Shown here: piece by piece, positions 9,370 through 19,590 of the stretch
Layout: the number at the start of each line of letters is the position of its first letter
Numbering within the stretch: the first letter of the stretch is position 1
Source of the DNA: a virus
Direction: 5' to 3' (one strand)
IMG/VR virus record: IMGVR_UViG_3300036859_000864
Location: 32,001-96,000 of that record
DNA: 64,000 nt
Made by a program: the position numbers and the translations under genes
Notes under the pieces: generated by a model
The model's input: the letters and a program-made list of their open reading frames with translations, nothing else
What the model was told of the DNA's origin: nothing
Databases searched by the model: none

Positions 9370-10572
9370 TCACTTCTCCGCTACGAGCATTTCTCGAGTC
9401 GCCTCTCGAATCACGCCCTTCTTTCGAAGTTGCGCGAGGAGCTTCTCGCCGGCAACCTTGCCGAGTGCCTCGATGACACTCTTCTTCGAGAGCGTCTCGT
9501 AGGTTTGCTCTTGAATGGCGAGCACCTTTCCGTCCTTCGTTTCTATGACCGCTCCGAGCCGCACGAGGCGCTTGAGCTCTGCGGAGCCTGCCTTCTCGAG
9601 TTCCCGGAACCTCTTGAGCATGTCGTAGAGCGCGCCGGCGCGCATCTCGAGCATCCCCTCGGGTGGAGGTTCGGTCGGGAGCGCGCACAGCGCGTTCGGG
9701 TCGATGGGCTCCAACATGAGCTTGTTCGCAGCCGCGGTGAGCACCTCGGCGCTCTCGACGAGAAGGTGTGCGGCGGCGGCAGGGCATCCGATGCGCGCCG
9801 GACAGCGTTTGCAGTATTCATCGGGGCGCAAGAAGCCCCCTCCGATACGATCGAACGCGGCGTGGAGCTCCTTCGCGTGGGCGCGCTGGTCTTCGATCTC
9901 GAACGGCTCCGCGTACACCATAGGGAGCCCCTTGCGATCCGCGTGGAAGATCCCAAGCTCTCCGTGCAGTGACGATCCGGCTGCGAGCCCGAGCGTGCGC
10001 AACTGCGGAACCGTTGCCGGACGTGCGAAGCGAACGTCTTCGTCTTTCGCGACCCAGCTCTCGAAGATACCCGTCTTGTGATCGATGATGACCCTGCGTT
10101 TCCGGTTGGCGTTCTGCGCAATGAGATCGATAGTGCCGGGCAGCTCGCCCTCATCGACGTCGTACACATGGTCCTCGTCGTGCGCTTCGATGGCGCGCGC
10201 CTTCCAGGTGCCGTCCGCTTGAGAGCGTACCGCGTACGCCGTCTCGATTTCAGCGATCTCGAGCTTCTCGCGGGTGAGCCAATTGCGGAGCACCTTCACG
10301 CTGCTCTTGACGTGCCCGGCGAGCTCCGCTCGGGCTTCTTTGACGTCGTAGCGCTTGGAGGCGCGATCAATTTCCTTCGTGTACGGCCCGACGCTCTTCT
10401 CGAGCGGCTTCTTCGCCGGCGCACGTAGACACGCGGCGAGTACCTGATGGAACGCTGATCCGTACCTCGCGGGTTCGCCGGGCTCATCTGGAACGGCCTC
10501 GAGCGCCGGATCGAACGGACGCTGGCAGAGGAGAAGCAATTCGGTTTTCGACGCGGACGGTTGGAGGCCCAC
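9370..10572 (-). CDS. PD-(D/E)XK (RecB/Cas4-like) exonuclease
   Basis: SAS...C, GSAFH, E, GTIDL...IIDHKTG, QL, CKRCPARIGCP. Confidence 0.85.
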   Translation of the reverse strand: MGLQPSASKTELLLLCQRPFDPALEAVPDEPGEPARYGSAFHQVLAACLRAPAKKPLEKSVGPYTKEIDRASKRYDVKEARAELAGHVKSSVKVLRNWLTREKLEIAEIETAYAVRSQADGTWKARAIEAHDEDHVYDVDEGELPGTIDLIAQNANRKRRVIIDHKTGIFESWVAKDEDVRFARPATVPQLRTLGLAAGSSLHGELGIFHADRKGLPMVYAEPFEIEDQRAHAKELHAAFDRIGGGFLRPDEYCKRCPARIGCPAAAAHLLVESAEVLTAAANKLMLEPIDPNALCALPTEPPPEGMLEMRAGALYDMLKRFRELEKAGSAELKRLVRLGAVIETKDGKVLAIQEQTYETLSKKSVIEALGKVAGEKLLAQLRKKGVIREATREMLVAEK

Positions 10573-10890
10573 TACAGCACCTTGACCTCTCCACGTTCCA
10601 CTTGATCGGCGAGCACCTCAAGATTCGGGCTGACGGAGTACAACGAAGCGCGTGCCGTCGCTGCGGCCCACCGAATCGCGCGCGCTTGTGCCTCGCGCTC
10701 GCGAATGTTGTGCGCCGGTTGAGCCCAACAGACGAACGGAAGAAGCGCCTCTTCTAGGTCTCCTTTTCTACGAGACACCTCCTTCCAAACCGCGAATACA
10801 CGCTCCGCCAATGCGGTCGCCGTTTCCGGGCGCGGGTCTGTGTCGCCCCGACAGAGAAGCGGCGTGCGCAACGGCTCGGATGGCTTGAGA

Positions 10891-11433
10891 TCAGACGTGT
10901 TGGGTGGCTTGAGGTCGGGCGTGATCGTCAACGTGATCACACCCTCGGGGCTCGTGACGTGCTCTATCTTCACCGACTTCTCCTTTTCTCGACTCGAGAC
11001 GCTTGGCGGCTTCGGCGCAACGATGTTGCGGGGCATGAGCCCCACACGCATCGCACGCGCGGCCTCTTCGTAAATGTACTGGCAACGGCGGCTGCTTGAC
11101 CCGATGGTAGCGCGCGGAGTTGGAGGCGCGCATGCGCTCCCGTTCGACATCGGTAGGCGCACGACGGTTCGGTAAAGAGAAATTCTCCGGAGGCACTTTG
11201 CCGGGGAGCACACAACGGTGCGTCAAGCTTCTCGAGCCGCAAGCTTCACAACAGTAGGTAGTAGAGACGCGCCTTGGAGCGCTACTCGGCGCGCGCTCTT
11301 CTCGTCCCTTGCGATGAATGATGTTGAACGCCGTGCGCTCGTTGTACGTGCAGAAGTAGCTCGAGTGCTGCTGCGCTTCGCTGAACAACTCTAGAATACC
11401 GGCCTGGAGATCGATCACGAACGGGCGCTCCAC
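10891..11433 (-). CDS. putative zinc-finger protein
   Basis: Two CxxC-x6-HxC motifs (CEACGSRSLTHRC, CDACGAHAPQHRC). Confidence 0.5.
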   Translation of the reverse strand: MERPFVIDLQAGILELFSEAQQHSSYFCTYNERTAFNIIHRKGREERAPSSAPRRVSTTYCCEACGSRSLTHRCVLPGKVPPENFSLPNRRAPTDVERERMRASNSARYHRVKQPPLPVHLRRGRACDACGAHAPQHRCAEAAKRLESRKGEVGEDRARHEPRGCDHVDDHARPQATQHV

Positions 11434-11580
11434 TTCGGGCGATAGCGGTGAGGCGCCGCGATGAACCGCTTGTCGATGGGACCGAGCACTGTGAGCTCCG
11501 AGAGTTCAACGATCCACGCTTCTAAGACGTAACGCACTTCCACGTTCCTTTCGTTATAGAGACCGACGCGCACGATTTCT

Positions 11581-11693
11581 TCCTCCAACCCCTCCAACCT
11601 CGATTTGAGTTTTGGAGGGGCCGTAGAGAGACGGCAGAGAGCTCTGTACAATAATAGTTTGTAAACCCGATCCTAGGTTGGAGGGTTGGAGGA
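11581..11693. repeat. inverted repeat with AT-rich core; candidate replication origin
   Basis: TCCTCCAACCCCTCCAACCT (11581-11600) versus AGGTTGGAGGGTTGGAGGA (11675-11693); AT-rich TGTACAATAATAGTTTGTAAA lies between; abuts the helicase stop codon. Confidence 0.6.
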
Positions 11694-11694
11694 T

Positions 11695-12981
11695 CTATTT
11701 TGCTACCGAACGCTTCTTCTTGAGAGGCCGAGGACCACGATACGCCGGGGAAAGATCGGGTTTCGGCGGCACAGCAGGCAGGTAGCGACGAGAGTCATCG
11801 GCGCCGCGCTGGACGACGGTCCACCCGATGGCCCGGAGCACTTTCCCCGCCTTGGTCTGAGCGGAGCGGTCTTGGATGTCCTTCCGCATGCCGATGGCTT
11901 TGGTGAGCAACTCTTCGGTCGTCACGCCCTTCACGGTGCGGTTGTGCTCGGCGAGCCAGTCGCGGAAGTGCTTCTCCCACGGCTCACGTTCTCGCCGCTT
12001 GTCGGCCTCTTCCGCCGCTGCCCTGAGCAGCTTCGGGTCGTGCAAGTGCCACGGCTCGTTCTTACGGTACCTCGCGAGAGCCTCGGCCCACAGTTGGTCG
12101 CGCTCGGCGCGCACCGTCTTGAGATCGACCTTCTCGACGACCACCGGTTGAAAGCGCCGTGAGCCGGTCGGGTCGTTGAGATAGCCTTCGCTCGGATTGA
12201 CGGTCCCGACGAAGATGCACTGCCTCGGGAAGTCGATCGTCGCCTTGCCGTACGAAGGGCGGTAGCTGTCTGTAGTCGACGAGACGAACGCCTTCACGCG
12301 CGAGAGCTCCACACGTCCGAGGGCATCGAGCTCGCTCCACTCGATGATCCATCGACGTCGAAGCGCCTGGTAGCCATCCTTGGTGCCCGGCGTGAACAAC
12401 GTATCGAGGAACCAGAGATCAGAAGCGAGGATACGGAAGAGCGTACTCTTGCCGGCGTTCTGCGGCCCCTCGAGCACGAGCATCGTGTCGACCTTCTCGC
12501 CCGGCTTGAAGACTCGAGCGACGGCCGACAAGAAGAAGTTCTTCGTGACAGCGCGCACGTAGGGTGTGTCTTCCGCGTGCGCGACGCGAATGAGAAAGTC
12601 GTCGATGCGTGGTTTTCGATCCCACCGCAGATCGTTCAGGTAGTCGCGCACCGGGTGCGAGTTCCAACGATCGGCTATGAGCTGCACCGCTTCTTCAACG
12701 ACGCTCGTGTGGATCGGACAGTTGTACTCTCGCGTGATCCACGCGACGGCGCGTCGAGAGTCGTTCTGGTTCCAATCGCCGAGTGTCGTATCCTCCGGCG
12801 CCGTGTCCTCAGCCCACGGCGGTTCCTTCTTCTTGACGACAACGCCGGCGAAGGCGTCGTACGCGATCACGTTGTGCCACTCACTCCGATGCGTGAGGAT
12901 AGCAACGGCGTTGCTGAGGCACGGTACGTACTTCTCCTTGTTCTTGAGCAGACACGTATCCCACGGAGCTTTCTTCGCCAA
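11695..12981 (-). CDS. VapE/VirE-family replicative helicase (no primase domain)
   Basis: HPVRDYL..L.WD..PRID, AVARVFKPGEKVD.MLVLEGPQNAGKST, YRPSYG...PRQCIFVGTVN...YLNDPTGSRRF, RDQLWAEA. Confidence 0.92.
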   Translation of the reverse strand: MAKKAPWDTCLLKNKEKYVPCLSNAVAILTHRSEWHNVIAYDAFAGVVVKKKEPPWAEDTAPEDTTLGDWNQNDSRRAVAWITREYNCPIHTSVVEEAVQLIADRWNSHPVRDYLNDLRWDRKPRIDDFLIRVAHAEDTPYVRAVTKNFFLSAVARVFKPGEKVDTMLVLEGPQNAGKSTLFRILASDLWFLDTLFTPGTKDGYQALRRRWIIEWSELDALGRVELSRVKAFVSSTTDSYRPSYGKATIDFPRQCIFVGTVNPSEGYLNDPTGSRRFQPVVVEKVDLKTVRAERDQLWAEALARYRKNEPWHLHDPKLLRAAAEEADKRREREPWEKHFRDWLAEHNRTVKGVTTEELLTKAIGMRKDIQDRSAQTKAGKVLRAIGWTVVQRGADDSRRYLPAVPPKPDLSPAYRGPRPLKKKRSVAK

Positions 12982-13029
12982 TGCTCAGAGCCCTTTCCCG
13001 AATTTCGACGGTTTCGACGGTGAGAAGCG

Positions 13030-13112
13030 ATGCTAACCCCGAGCAGCGCTGACGGTCAAGCCTCTCTACGCAGGGCTTGTTCTGCCTGTAAACATTTGTT
13101 ACACCTACCGGT
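13030..13112. promoter_or_regulatory. divergent promoter region
   Basis: + strand TTGTTC-17-TACACC, 7 nt before ATG 13113; - strand TTGACC...TAGCAT; imperfect palindrome GTAAACATTTGTTAC. Confidence 0.4.
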
Positions 13113-13322
13113 ATGCCTGAAGCCGAAGTCATGGTCGCCACGCGCGTGAGCAAACCGCTCCACGCTAAAATCCTGAAACGACAACGCGCGTTGAAGAGCC
13201 TCACCGGCATCGAGCCCAGCGTCAGCGCGGTCGTACGAGCGATGATCGAAGAAGCGGCATCGAACGACGAACCGAAAAGACGACGCTCGAGACGCGCTGA
13301 AACGATGGTTTCGGCGCGATGA
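13113..13322 (+). CDS. ribbon-helix-helix-like regulator
   Basis: VATRVSKPLHAKI...SVSAVVRAMIEEA; first gene after a strand switch. Confidence 0.55.
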   Translation: MPEAEVMVATRVSKPLHAKILKRQRALKSLTGIEPSVSAVVRAMIEEAASNDEPKRRRSRRAETMVSAR

Positions 13323-13840
13323 GTGTCACGGCGGTCACGTCGATAAGCCGCCCCTCCACTCGAAGTTCCGCACGAAGAAGCCCCACGGCAGGCAACCGTG
13401 GGCAAGGGAGCAAGTGGCTCTGGTTCGTAACACGTCGTCGAATCTACGAGCGAGATCGTTGGCGGTGCGTGTGGTGCCATTGTGGAGTAGCACAGCTCGG
13501 CATGCGCGGCGTCGAAGGTGTGTCCGTCGACGGCGTCGTGTTCACCGATGGGATGCAACTACGGCAAGCTTCGATCGATCATGTCGTACCGCGCTCGCGT
13601 GGAGGATCGAACCGTCCGAGCAACCTCATCACCTGTTGCATGCAATGCAACATGGCTCGAGGTGAACGTAGCGTACCTGCATTTGCGATAGTGCTCTGCG
13701 GCGTCAAAGATTCGGCGCTCGTGCGCGGGCTCCTCAAACACCTCGAACCCGTCCAACGGATCGTGCGCCGAGTCCGCGCGGCACAGAAACGCAAACTACC
13801 TCTCGGGAGAAAAGAAGAATGCCTAAAAGCAACTGGTTGA
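13319..13840 (+). CDS. HNH endonuclease
   Basis: IYERDRWRCVWC...SIDHVVPRSRGGSNRPSNLITCCMQCNMARG. Confidence 0.92.
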   Translation: MSVTAVTSISRPSTRSSARRSPTAGNRGQGSKWLWFVTRRRIYERDRWRCVWCHCGVAQLGMRGVEGVSVDGVVFTDGMQLRQASIDHVVPRSRGGSNRPSNLITCCMQCNMARGERSVPAFAIVLCGVKDSALVRGLLKHLEPVQRIVRRVRAAQKRKLPLGRKEECLKATG

Positions 13841-14563
13841 ACCCTCGAACGGTTCTCGTGACCTCCTTCGTCGTCTCGACGATCTTAGGTCTCTTCGTAG
13901 CGGTAGCGATGGCCAAAGGATGGCTGTAGCCCATGCGCGATGAACTCATCGGGCGCTTCGTGTTCGTCGGTACCCAACCGGGGATCGTGAAAGAAGTCAC
14001 GCCGGAGGTGCCCGCTACGGACACGACGCCTGCGATGCCCTCCATGCTCAAGGTGAAGCTCTACAACGTGCCGAACAAGATGCGCGACGACAACGTCATC
14101 GTCGAAGTGGAGCGAGCTTCGAAAGAATGGCGCTTGAAGTACCCAGACCCGGAAGTGAGACGAGCATGAAGCGCACAACGCTCTACTGGTGGTTGCGAAT
14201 GATCAGCGCGTGGCTCGGGGCGCACGTGGTGGTTCTGAGACTCTCCCGCGACGTGCTCCTCGCGGTGTCCGCAGCCACGCTGCTCGGCTCGTTTATGAAT
14301 TGGGCCGAAGTAACGTTTCGTCCGGAGCCCAAATGATCTGGCTAGTGCTCTACGCGCTCGGCACCCTCGGGTTCGGCGGTCTCTTATTCGCGCTCGGACG
14401 TGACGACCACTCGTGGCCGGTGTTGGCGTTGATGGCGGTGGGGTGGCTGCCGTTGATCGTCGTGCTCGGGCTCATCGCGCTCTTGGCGAAGCTACTCGGA
14501 GACATGACCTGATACGCACGTCACCCCGTTCAACTTCGAGTTCACGTAACCGGAAAGTAAGGA

Positions 14564-15724
14564 ATGAAAATGAATCACATCAAAATACTGTACATCGCGC
14601 TCATCGCATTGTCGGTCGGATGCTCACCGTCCGAAACCTCCGACACGCTTACTGCCGCCAAGAGCGCGCTGACATCGGACGCCTCTCCGCCGATCACGGT
14701 GTCCGTGGTACCGAGCGCGGCCACTGTTCAACTCGGAACTGATTTTCAATTTTCGGCCACCGTTACGAACGCGCAAGACACTTCCGTTGCCTGGTCTCTC
14801 TCGGAGAGCCCGGGGTGCGGGACGATCTCATCGTCCGGCTTGTACTCAGCTCCGACCAGCGCACGCAGCCCATGTCACGTCGTAGCGACATCCAATCAGG
14901 ACCCGTCGAAGAGCGGCTCGGCAGCCATCACGATGTCTTCGGGAAACGGAATGAGCTCGGGATGTGGGCTCACCGGGATGCGAACCGGCACGTTTCACAT
15001 GGCCACTAGAGACGGTAACTTCCTTCGCCGTGATTTCATGGTCATGGTGCCCGCAACGTACAACCCGACAGTCCCACTCGATCTCACGTTCGTGTACCAC
15101 GGCCTGAACCAGAACGAAGCTATCGCTGCAAGCTGGGGTATTCAGAACACGCCCGGCGCCGCTGCCGCGAGCATCTTCGTATTCCCTCAAGGACGCCAAA
15201 TCGGTACCGACGGAATCGGTTGGGATGACTCTTGCGGCGGGCACGACATGCCTTTCTTCGATCGCATGCTGTTGATCCTCGAGAGTAGCTACTGCATCAA
15301 CACCCAGAAAATCTTCGCCGCCGGGTTCTCTTGGGGCTGCGATCAAACCGTAGCTCTCTCGTGCTGTCGTGGTGACATCGTCCGTGCGGTCGGTGCGGCA
15401 TCGTGCTCGTATGCCTTCAATGATCCGAGTGACTACACGACGTACATGAACCTCGCATGCCCCACCGCTACCAACGCGGCCTACCGTTTCACGCACGATT
15501 CAAACTCCGATGGCGCGTACACGCTCCAAGAGTTCCAGTCGACCAGCGCTCTGATGCGATCCTTCAATTCGTGCGCAGCGACGTCCACCCCGACGTCCCC
15601 GAGCCCGTGCGTGTCCTACGACACGTGTACTCATCCGGTCGTCGAATGCGCGTACTCAGGTCTCGGGCACCAGCTTCCAGCAGGCTGGGGCACCGACACC
15701 TGGAACTTCTTCAACAGCCTCTAG
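14564..15724 (+). CDS. secreted lipoprotein: Ig-like domain plus alpha/beta-hydrolase esterase (PHB depolymerase/feruloyl esterase-like)
   Basis: Lipobox SVGC; Ig-like strand pattern; VYHG oxyanion motif, GFSWG nucleophile elbow, GLGH catalytic His. Confidence 0.8.
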   Translation: MKMNHIKILYIALIALSVGCSPSETSDTLTAAKSALTSDASPPITVSVVPSAATVQLGTDFQFSATVTNAQDTSVAWSLSESPGCGTISSSGLYSAPTSARSPCHVVATSNQDPSKSGSAAITMSSGNGMSSGCGLTGMRTGTFHMATRDGNFLRRDFMVMVPATYNPTVPLDLTFVYHGLNQNEAIAASWGIQNTPGAAAASIFVFPQGRQIGTDGIGWDDSCGGHDMPFFDRMLLILESSYCINTQKIFAAGFSWGCDQTVALSCCRGDIVRAVGAASCSYAFNDPSDYTTYMNLACPTATNAAYRFTHDSNSDGAYTLQEFQSTSALMRSFNSCAATSTPTSPSPCVSYDTCTHPVVECAYSGLGHQLPAGWGTDTWNFFNSL

Positions 15725-16046
15725 CGAAACCACGAACGGCGCGAGCAGACGACACCTGCGCGCGCCGTTCTCTAGAAATAAAAATGCCCGAGAACACACA
15801 CCGCCCGAACGCTCCTAGCGGCGTTGCTTCTATGAAGCTCTGCGAGAAGTGCGGGCCGCTCGTGTTCCGAACCGATCTCGACACGCTCGAGAAATTGCGC
15901 GAAGAGCTGTGCCCCGTGTGCAAGGCGCTCCTTCGGCTCCACACCATCGGGAAGAACCAGACCGGCGGCATACGCGCAGGCTCTATACGCGGCGGCCTCA
16001 ACAAGCGCGAGGCGAAGCTGCTTCGGAAGTACGGAAACCGCGTCTG

Positions 16047-17471
16047 ATGAAAGACACGCCTCTCACCGTGACCCTCTGGAACTCCTTCTCACGCGGCCGG
16101 CGTGAAGAACGAACCTGGCGATCGTTCATCGACATCTTCGTGCGAGAGCCCGAGGTCGCGCGCGACAAGCGCAAGGTGGCCGGCTTCTCCCTCGGGGCTT
16201 TCCTCGAGAACCGGCGCTCGCTCCCTCGAGTCGAGAGAGTTCATGCGCTCATTCTCGATTTCGACAACGGCGACACGACAGTGAAGCAAGCCGCGCATCT
16301 ACTCCCCGGCGTGCAAGGCGTGACCTACACAACATTCAGACACACACCCAAACATCCGAAGCTGCGTCTCATCTTTCGCCTCAGCAGGCCCGTCGACGCC
16401 GACGAGTACGCGCGCGTCTGGGTTTGGGTAGCCGACAAGATCACGAAGGCGAAGCGGGTCCTCGACGAGTCGACGCGAGATGCGAGCCGCTTCTGGTACC
16501 TGCCGAGCCATCCGCCGGGGGCGACGTACGAGTGGCAAGAGATCGATGGGAAGCCTCTCGACGTAGCGAAGGCGTTGAAGGAATCGAAAGCCACACACAC
16601 CCGTCCCTTTCCAAGCCCCGGCAAGGCACGTGAGCGCAAGCCTCTGGCGCCCCTGCCTGGAAAAGGGCGGGTGTGTGTCGATCCCTCGGAGGCCGATCAG
16701 ACCTTCTTCGGACGCGCGTTCGTGCACGCCAACATGGCCTTCGAGCTCCTCGACAACGGCGCGCTTCCCGTCACCTGCCCGTGGGCGAAGCTCCACACGA
16801 GCGGCGACGACGGCGATTCGTCGACGGTGATCTTTCCCGCGACCACCGAGGCCGGCTGGGGTCTCTTTCACTGTTCTCACGCCCACTGCGTCGGGCGGAC
16901 GACGGCCGACCTCCTCGATGCCTTGCCCGCTGAGGCGCTCGAGAAGGCCCGGCACGAGCACGGCCGCGGGATGATGAGGGTGCGGGTGATCGACGGCTGG
17001 GCGCAACGGCTAGAGGCCCTGCCGGAGTTCCCGGCGCTCGACCGGCTCATCTTGAAGTGCCGCCCGCGTGGGGGAGGCGCCGTCTTTACGATGACGGTGA
17101 AACTTGGAAGCTCGATGCACACCAACCACCTCGGGGCCGCGCCGTTGCCGTTGTTGATCGGACGGCGTCTCGATGTCTCTATGGAGGGCCGGACGGTGAA
17201 GGCCGCTCGACTCGTCGTCGAGCCTTTCGATCGAAAGACGGCGCGAGCGCGCGGGGCGGCGATTCTCTCGGGAGCCTCGGCGGGGGATCTGATCGCCGAT
17301 GCTGACTTCGATTTTCTGTTTCAGGTATTGTGCCTGAGCTCGCGCCCCGAAGAGATGATAGGCCCGGGCGTTCGAAGGATTCGTGTGCGTGAAGACGAGC
17401 GTGGGAAGTGCTTTGAGGTCGTGCGTGTCGACGGGTCCTGCGTTGATCTTGGAAGGAGCTTGAGCGGATGA
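16047..17471 (+). CDS. AEP-type primase-polymerase with zinc finger and C-terminal DUF3223 (DCL)-like domain
   Basis: LILDFD, YTTFRH...PKLRLIF.LSRPV, DASRFWYLP; CPW...H...HCSHAHC; C-terminal FLFQVL...PEEMIGPGV...CFEVVRVDGS. Confidence 0.8.
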   Translation: MKDTPLTVTLWNSFSRGRREERTWRSFIDIFVREPEVARDKRKVAGFSLGAFLENRRSLPRVERVHALILDFDNGDTTVKQAAHLLPGVQGVTYTTFRHTPKHPKLRLIFRLSRPVDADEYARVWVWVADKITKAKRVLDESTRDASRFWYLPSHPPGATYEWQEIDGKPLDVAKALKESKATHTRPFPSPGKARERKPLAPLPGKGRVCVDPSEADQTFFGRAFVHANMAFELLDNGALPVTCPWAKLHTSGDDGDSSTVIFPATTEAGWGLFHCSHAHCVGRTTADLLDALPAEALEKARHEHGRGMMRVRVIDGWAQRLEALPEFPALDRLILKCRPRGGGAVFTMTVKLGSSMHTNHLGAAPLPLLIGRRLDVSMEGRTVKAARLVVEPFDRKTARARGAAILSGASAGDLIADADFDFLFQVLCLSSRPEEMIGPGVRRIRVREDERGKCFEVVRVDGSCVDLGRSLSG

Positions 17472-17698
17472 CGACCGATGAGAAAATGAAGATGAACGTC
17501 GAGACGACGATTTGGATCGTGGGGATCCTAATCATCGTAGGGCTGCTTGCCGTCGTGTATTTTTGGGGCAAGGGCCTTCGCAATGGGACGTGCACCGAGA
17601 TGTGCCGCCCTGCGCAGTTCGACTCAGGTCAAGATGTGAACGGCGGTTGTCTTTGCATCGGTAGCGACAAGGTTCTTCGCATCAGGCCGGCGCCGTGA
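17468..17698 (+). CDS. small membrane protein
   Basis: TM helix followed by four Cys. Confidence 0.55.
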   Translation: MTTDEKMKMNVETTIWIVGILIIVGLLAVVYFWGKGLRNGTCTEMCRPAQFDSGQDVNGGCLCIGSDKVLRIRPAP

Positions 17699-18484
17699 CG
17701 ACCGAAGAGCGATGGGAGCGTGAGAGGCGTGCGCGTGTTCGCGCTCGTGCTCGAGATACGAGTCGTGAGTTTCACGTCGTGTTGAACGTGTGGCTTCAAG
17801 AATCGCACCTATCCGGTGACAGTCGGATCCCATCTGAGAATTATTTAGGGCCGCCTAAGCGCAAGGGACACCAGTGATGTGGAATCCGATCACCGAGATG
17901 ATCATTCAACTCGTACAGGTTGAAGAGGGGCTAGATCGGTTGCAGAAGATCGTCGATGAGTCCTCAGCGCCGAAGTCGGCGGAGTTGTTGAGCGCGCTGC
18001 TCGAGGCGACCGCGCATCTGTTGAAGATGGGTCGAACGGTCGAGGCGACCTTTACCGCGACGGTGTGGGTCGAGCTCATTCGAAGGGCGAAATGAACTAC
18101 CTGCTCTCCGAAGTCGAGGAGCCCATCTTCCAAGCGCTCGAACGTCTCGTCGCGAAAGACATCGGGCTCCGACCGTTCGTCCACGTGTCGAAGGTCGGGC
18201 GCCCCGACGTCTTCGTTCAATTTGCGCGGCTGGTCCGGAACGGCGTTCTCTGTTTCGACGTGCCGAAACTCGAAATCGTGCTGGCTCCGACGACGCCTGC
18301 GGATGGGGCTAAACGCGCGGTAGTAGTGCTTTACATGGATCTGGGGGTGAGCATGGACGAGCGTGTTCTCATCCGCGAAGAGGAGGGTGGCTCGGGCGGC
18401 AAAGGCATTCCTTTTTGGAAGAGACCGTGGCTGCGCCCCGCGTGAGTTGACTTTTGACTACGGTTGTAATACCTCCAAAAGACG

Positions 18485-18763
18485 ATGGCAGCCAAAGACG
18501 AGAAGGCGAAAGAGCGCTGGGTCGGCTGGACGCGCGATGCGATGACCGCGTACACGGAGCCGGACGACATCAAAGATCTCGACGATCTCGTCGACGACAT
18601 GGTGGACACCTCGGTCGCGTACGCCAACGCGATGGCCGAGGAGTTCGATCATCTGTTCGAGAACGCCGGCGCTCGAAAGCGTCGGGGTAAGGGGAAGGGT
18701 CGGAGCCGTAGATCCGAGCCGGACCCGGACGATGACGACGACGATGACGACGATGACGACTGA
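18485..18763 (+). CDS. acidic hypothetical protein with poly-Asp tail
   Basis: 92-aa ORF ending in a run of Asp. Confidence 0.65.
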   Translation: MAAKDEKAKERWVGWTRDAMTAYTEPDDIKDLDDLVDDMVDTSVAYANAMAEEFDHLFENAGARKRRGKGKGRSRRSEPDPDDDDDDDDDDD

Positions 18764-18902
18764 GACGCCGTCGGGGGCTTTTCTCGCCCTCACGCTCTTG
18801 CTGCTCGTGCTGGTGGGTCTCCCGACGGCCTACACGGTCGTAGTGCTGTTCGGACTGAATAAGCGGTCCGAGCAGGCGGACGAAGACAAGAAGGAGTGAG
18901 TC

Positions 18903-19049
18903 ATGGCATCCAAGAAGAAAAAGAAGTCCTCGAAGAAGAAGGCGCCTGCGAAGGCCGCCAAGGGGTCCTCGAAGAAGAAGTGCACCGTGTGCCGCAAGCC
19001 CGGCCACAACGCGCGCAGTCACAGGGCCGGTTCCAAGAAAGCTCTGTGA
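18903..19049 (+). CDS. 48-aa Lys-rich protein with zinc knuckle
   Basis: Manual translation MASKKKKKSSKKKAPAKAAKGSSKKKCTVCRKPGHNARSHRAGSKKAL; SD AAGGAG upstream. Confidence 0.75.
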   Translation: MASKKKKKSSKKKAPAKAAKGSSKKKCTVCRKPGHNARSHRAGSKKAL

Positions 19050-19314
19050 GCGCGTTCATCGGGGACGTGAAGGGGCCGCGCCACAACAGCCCGGACGAGG
19101 CGGCTGGTGTGTGGTGCAGCCCCGGCAACGTCGAGCTCACCGTGGTTGGGGATCAGGGCGATCCTGACTACGCCTCGGGTACCGTCAGACGAAGCCTCGA
19201 TCCGATTGCCGCGCGGAACCTCGCCGCGCTCCTTGTGCGCGCCTCTGAGGAGGCCGAGCGCATGGCCGAGCGGAAAGACCGCGAAGCCCGACAACCGAAC
19301 GGAGACCTCGCAAG

Positions 19315-19590
19315 ATGAGCAGCAAGCGTCAGAAGGCCAAAGATCTAATCAACCTCGCCCTCGATGGCGACAACGACGCCAACGAGCGAGCTGCTGCGGC
19401 GATGCGGGCCGTGAAGATCATCGCCAAGTACGATCTTCTCGCCAGTCCGCTCGATGGGATTCTCGATAGCGGCAACGAGACCGTTCAAGCAGCGGGGGAC
19501 ATCTTCTCGAGGCTCACGGACCCGACGCTCTTGAACAGCCTCAAGAAGGTCGCGAGCCATGTCGGTCAGGCACGTCGGAGACGGCGGTGA
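19315..19590 (+). CDS. hypothetical protein (DUF2786-like N-terminus)
   Basis: KAKDLINLAL...NERAAAAMRAVKIIAKYDL. Confidence 0.5.
   Translation: MSSKRQKAKDLINLALDGDNDANERAAAAMRAVKIIAKYDLLASPLDGILDSGNETVQAAGDIFSRLTDPTLLNSLKKVASHVGQARRRRR

Noticed and set aside
9370-10572. Cas4-like nuclease as evidence of a CRISPR-Cas locus
   Set aside because: No repeat-spacer array or other cas gene is seen; it fits a phage recombination exonuclease working with Sak4 and SSB.
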